In this document: one piece after another, positions 60,840-64,000 of the stretch
Layout: each line of letters opens with the position of its first letter
Numbering within the stretch: the stretch's first letter is position 1
Position numbers and translations under genes: made by a program
The notes under the pieces: generated by a model
What the model saw: the letters and a program-made list of their open reading frames with translations, nothing else
Databases searched by the model: none
What the model was told of the DNA's origin: nothing
Assembly: GCF_009834535.1 (NCBI RefSeq)
Contig: NC_045696.1
Location: 75,392,001 to 75,456,000 of the forward strand
Source: Camelus ferus
Taxonomy: Eukaryota
Direction: 5' to 3'
DNA length: 64,000 nt

Positions 60840-60874
<35 letters not shown>

Positions 60875-60881
60875 GTGTGTG
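60840..60881. repeat. (TG)n microsatellite, one interruption
   Basis: Read directly. Confidence 0.97.
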
Positions 60882-62279
60882 CATGTGTTGTATTAATTCC
60901 ATTCCTAATATGTCTTTTTAAATTATACTAATTTTAAAATTATGTTTTTAATTGGGATCACTGACTGGTAGTTAAAAACAGTATAATCTTTTGAAGTGAG
61001 ATTGAAATATCAGAAAATATGCAAGATAATGAAGGAAATTCAAAATAACCTGAAATAATTGAGACGTGTCAGAACCAACATTCTTAAAGCTTGCTGCAAA
61101 GCTCTTGATAGCGACAGAGTTGATAGCGTGGCCCAACTATGTCTAGTAAGTATGTAATGAGAAGCAGCAGTCAATCAAAAAAAGTGTAGAATGTCCCCAA
61201 ATGTTTATTTAAATTAATAGTTTATTATTATTAAGATGGAATATTAACATTATAAAATGGAAAATATTGGATAAGTATTTCATAAAACCATCACTTCTAC
61301 AGGGAAATTTAAAAACTAATCATAGCTTTTGAAGAAAAAATTCCCCAGAATTTTAGCAACTGAGAAGAAAATGTCTTGGGTAGATTTACTATAATGCATT
61401 GCATTATAAAAATCAAGCAAGCCATTCAAAACAGCTTGACATTATCTTTAAGTTCAAAATGTTATCTTTTTCATTTCCTTTGGAGGATGAAGTTCATGGA
61501 ATAGAGGATAATTTGGTGAAATCTTAACTATGAACGTGGCCAGATGGTGACTTTGTGAAAATTAGAAAAAAAAAACTACCTCTTCATCAAAACATTTATG
61601 AACCACCTGCTAGAAAATTGTCCCTATAAGTAGGAAAAAACCCCTATTATATCTAGGAAATAAATTACAGCCCCAGAATTACAGAGTAGAAAACTTGCAT
61701 GAGGCCCCATGGTGGCCTTGTGTGTCCGAACAAAGAAGAGGTAGCACAGGCAAAAATGATGCTTCCAAGTCTGTGTTTTAAAAAGGCTGAAATTAATCCT
61801 GTTATTTTCCTTATATTTTCATGATACTTGGATGTTAATAATTTTGATATTTGACTTATTTGATAATTCATGATCACATATCCATATATATATATATATG
61901 TATATGGAGAGAGAGGAAGAGCCAACTAAATACATGATTTTCCAACTAAACTATTTTATTGGATATTAAAGAGGCTGGTCTGGTCCCTGTTAAGATGGAA
62001 AGTCAAATGCAAGATATATTTTGAGGCACAGAACAAAAATATGAGGCTTAAAAGGACAAGAGACATGGGGATTTAATGCAGAAAATCAAACAGGTAAAAA
62101 CAGGTGTTATAGGGGCAGAAGAAGGAAACGGTGAAAAAGAGACAATAATTTTTAAAAAGTACGAAGAAATTGTTTTCCCTGCACAGAAGAAAGATCTGAA
62201 ATCCACTGGTGTCAGGGAGGATTTACATTATTTTCTCATCATCGTCTTCAAATAGAAGTGCTCCAGTAGATCTTTGTTT

Positions 62280-62600
62280 ACTGTGTGGATATTTATTGAA
62301 GGAACCAAAGAACCAACGGAGGCAGAAGAAGAGAAGACGTAGGAAACAGTGACAAACATGCACATTTATATCTGCACAGACACACACAATTGGACAGAGA
62401 CAGGCTGACTGGCAACATGCTGCAAAGATGCTCTGTGAAGACACTTGAGGCAGAATGGTCACCCTGAAAAAGGAATTCTGATAAAAGCCTGGAACGGAGA
62501 GGGAGAAGATGAGTAAAAGCATTCCAGAGGACTTCTTGGGGAAAGGAAGAGAGGACCAAGTTATTTAAAGTCTCATGTTACAGAGAGGACGGAGGAGGGG
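62280..62600 (-). mobile_element. L2 fragment
   Basis: 'gatatttattgaagga', 'ggagagggagaagatgagtaaaagcattccagagg'. Confidence 0.5.
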
Positions 62601-62799
62601 ACAAGTTGATGAGAAATACAGCATCCTGGTTGTGGAAACAGTATTCTAGTGGGAAAATACTTAGTATTTAAGAGTAGTTTAAGATGTAGGGAGAGGAAAG
62701 ATATTCACTGATGGAATGGAATAGTACAGTAAAACTTCCAAATTAACAAAAGAAAAAAAGATCCACCACACTGAATAACAACATGATTGAACTAGGAAA

Positions 62800-63452
62800 A
62801 AGAAAAAAAATAACAACAATAATATAAAATAAACAATTATGATAAAGTGGAAAGGAAGACATAAATTGAGTATATTGGCTATTTTATGATTTGTAAATAG
62901 ATTTTTCCCTTTAAAAGACTGAGACTATCAAATTGGGTTAAAAACAATTTCAACTCATGTATGTACTATTCATAGAGAAGTAGAATCAAAGTGATAAATA
63001 AAGGTTGAAAATGAAGAAGTAGAAAAGGAGAAACCAAGCAAATACAAGCTAAAAGAAAGCAAGGGTTGCAGTATCAATGGAAGTCAATATATTTAAACTT
63101 AAAAGCACTATAGAGGATAAAAGTAGCATTATAAAATGGTAAAATTGATCATTTCTGAAAAAGCTATAATAGTCATAAGCCTATATTCACTCTCCCATCA
63201 GTTAAAAAATATAAATCAGTAAATACATAAAGCAAAAACTATTAGAAATCAGATAACTTTTAAATATTATAATAGGCAATTTTATTTTAAATCAGTGACG
63301 GTGCTCTCCAAGAAATGGACAAAATGAACATACAAAAAATAGGTAAAATCATAGAAGAATTGAACAGTATCATACATCAATAAGTATTTTTAAAAGGCTT
63401 CCATCTTTCAAATAGAGAATTATAAACTATATTTATGAAATGATAATATCAA

Positions 63453-63493
<41 letters not shown>

Positions 63494-64000
63494 TATGAAG
63501 TACTTGGCTACACAGAAAATCCTTACAGATTTTTAAAGGTTAGAATTTTTTGAGCCACTTCTTCTATTACATACTAACAGAGTTAGTGAGTTACCATTGG
63601 ATCAAGGGAGAGTCAAATGGAAATGCTTACTACTATGTAGAAAATACAGAGGAGGACTCTGGATGCTATAACCTGCTACTCAAAAATGTACAGCCTTAAA
63701 TGACTTTACTATTAAAGAGGAAAAATGAAAAACATAAAAGCAAATAGTATGCATCTGAAGAGATTAGAAAAGCAATTTTGAAAAGCAAGAAACAGAATAT
63801 TATCAAGATAAAAGCAGAAATTAGTAATATGGGAAGTAAGAAATGGAAGAAAAGACAAATTTGAAACCTTAAATAGTCTAATGGAATAGATTTACCTGTT
63901 ATGAGCTGATTAAGGAAAACACAGTGAATAAAAATATACAAGACATAAATGAGAAAAAAGATATAACTGCACATATAGAAGATTAAAATAATTGTATGGA
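62800..64000 (+). mobile_element. Ancient L1M ORF2 endonuclease region, heavily degraded, runs off the window
   Basis: 'aaaagactgagactatcaaattgggttaaaaaca', 'aaagcaagggttgcagtatcaat', 'aaatacataaagcaaaaact', 'atagaagaattgaacag', 'aagataaaagcagaaattag'. Confidence 0.82.
63453..63488. repeat. (AAT)12 microsatellite
   Basis: Read directly; perfect repeat inside the L1M. Confidence 0.97.

Noticed and set aside
1-64000. CRISPR arrays, operons or other prokaryotic or viral systems
   Set aside because: No regularly spaced repeat-spacer arrays, no gene-dense segment and no retroviral gag/pol/env frames; the content is typical mammalian non-coding DNA.

Overview
AT-rich eutherian intronic or intergenic DNA, most likely from a camelid. 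This is inferred from an intact Vic-1-type tRNA-derived SINE and cetartiodactyl-type L1 3' ends. No host protein-coding gene can be supported. The only ORFs with recognisable homology are broken L1 ORF2 remnants (about 55.9-58.7 kb, and degraded 62.8-64 kb); the rest of the ORF track looks like chance or repeat-derived frames. Much of the window is old interspersed repeat (MIR, L2, L3/CR1, L1M, MLT1, MER5, MER102, Tigger, MamSINE1), identified by eye against remembered consensus sequences, so boundaries are approximate. Two things stand out. (1) The N runs are length-preserving masks, not estimated gaps: three of them span exactly the codon counts expected from L1 ORF2. The two masked blocks at 50284-50624 lie outside any repeat, in a repeat-free, CpG-enriched, motif-dense island with splice-like signals, so they probably hide a highly conserved element (enhancer, non-coding or poison exon, or alternative promoter). 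(2) A retrotransposition hotspot at 55.8-59.95 kb has readable target-site duplications, including a target sequence present three times. I found no clear previously undescribed system; the conserved island is the best lead.
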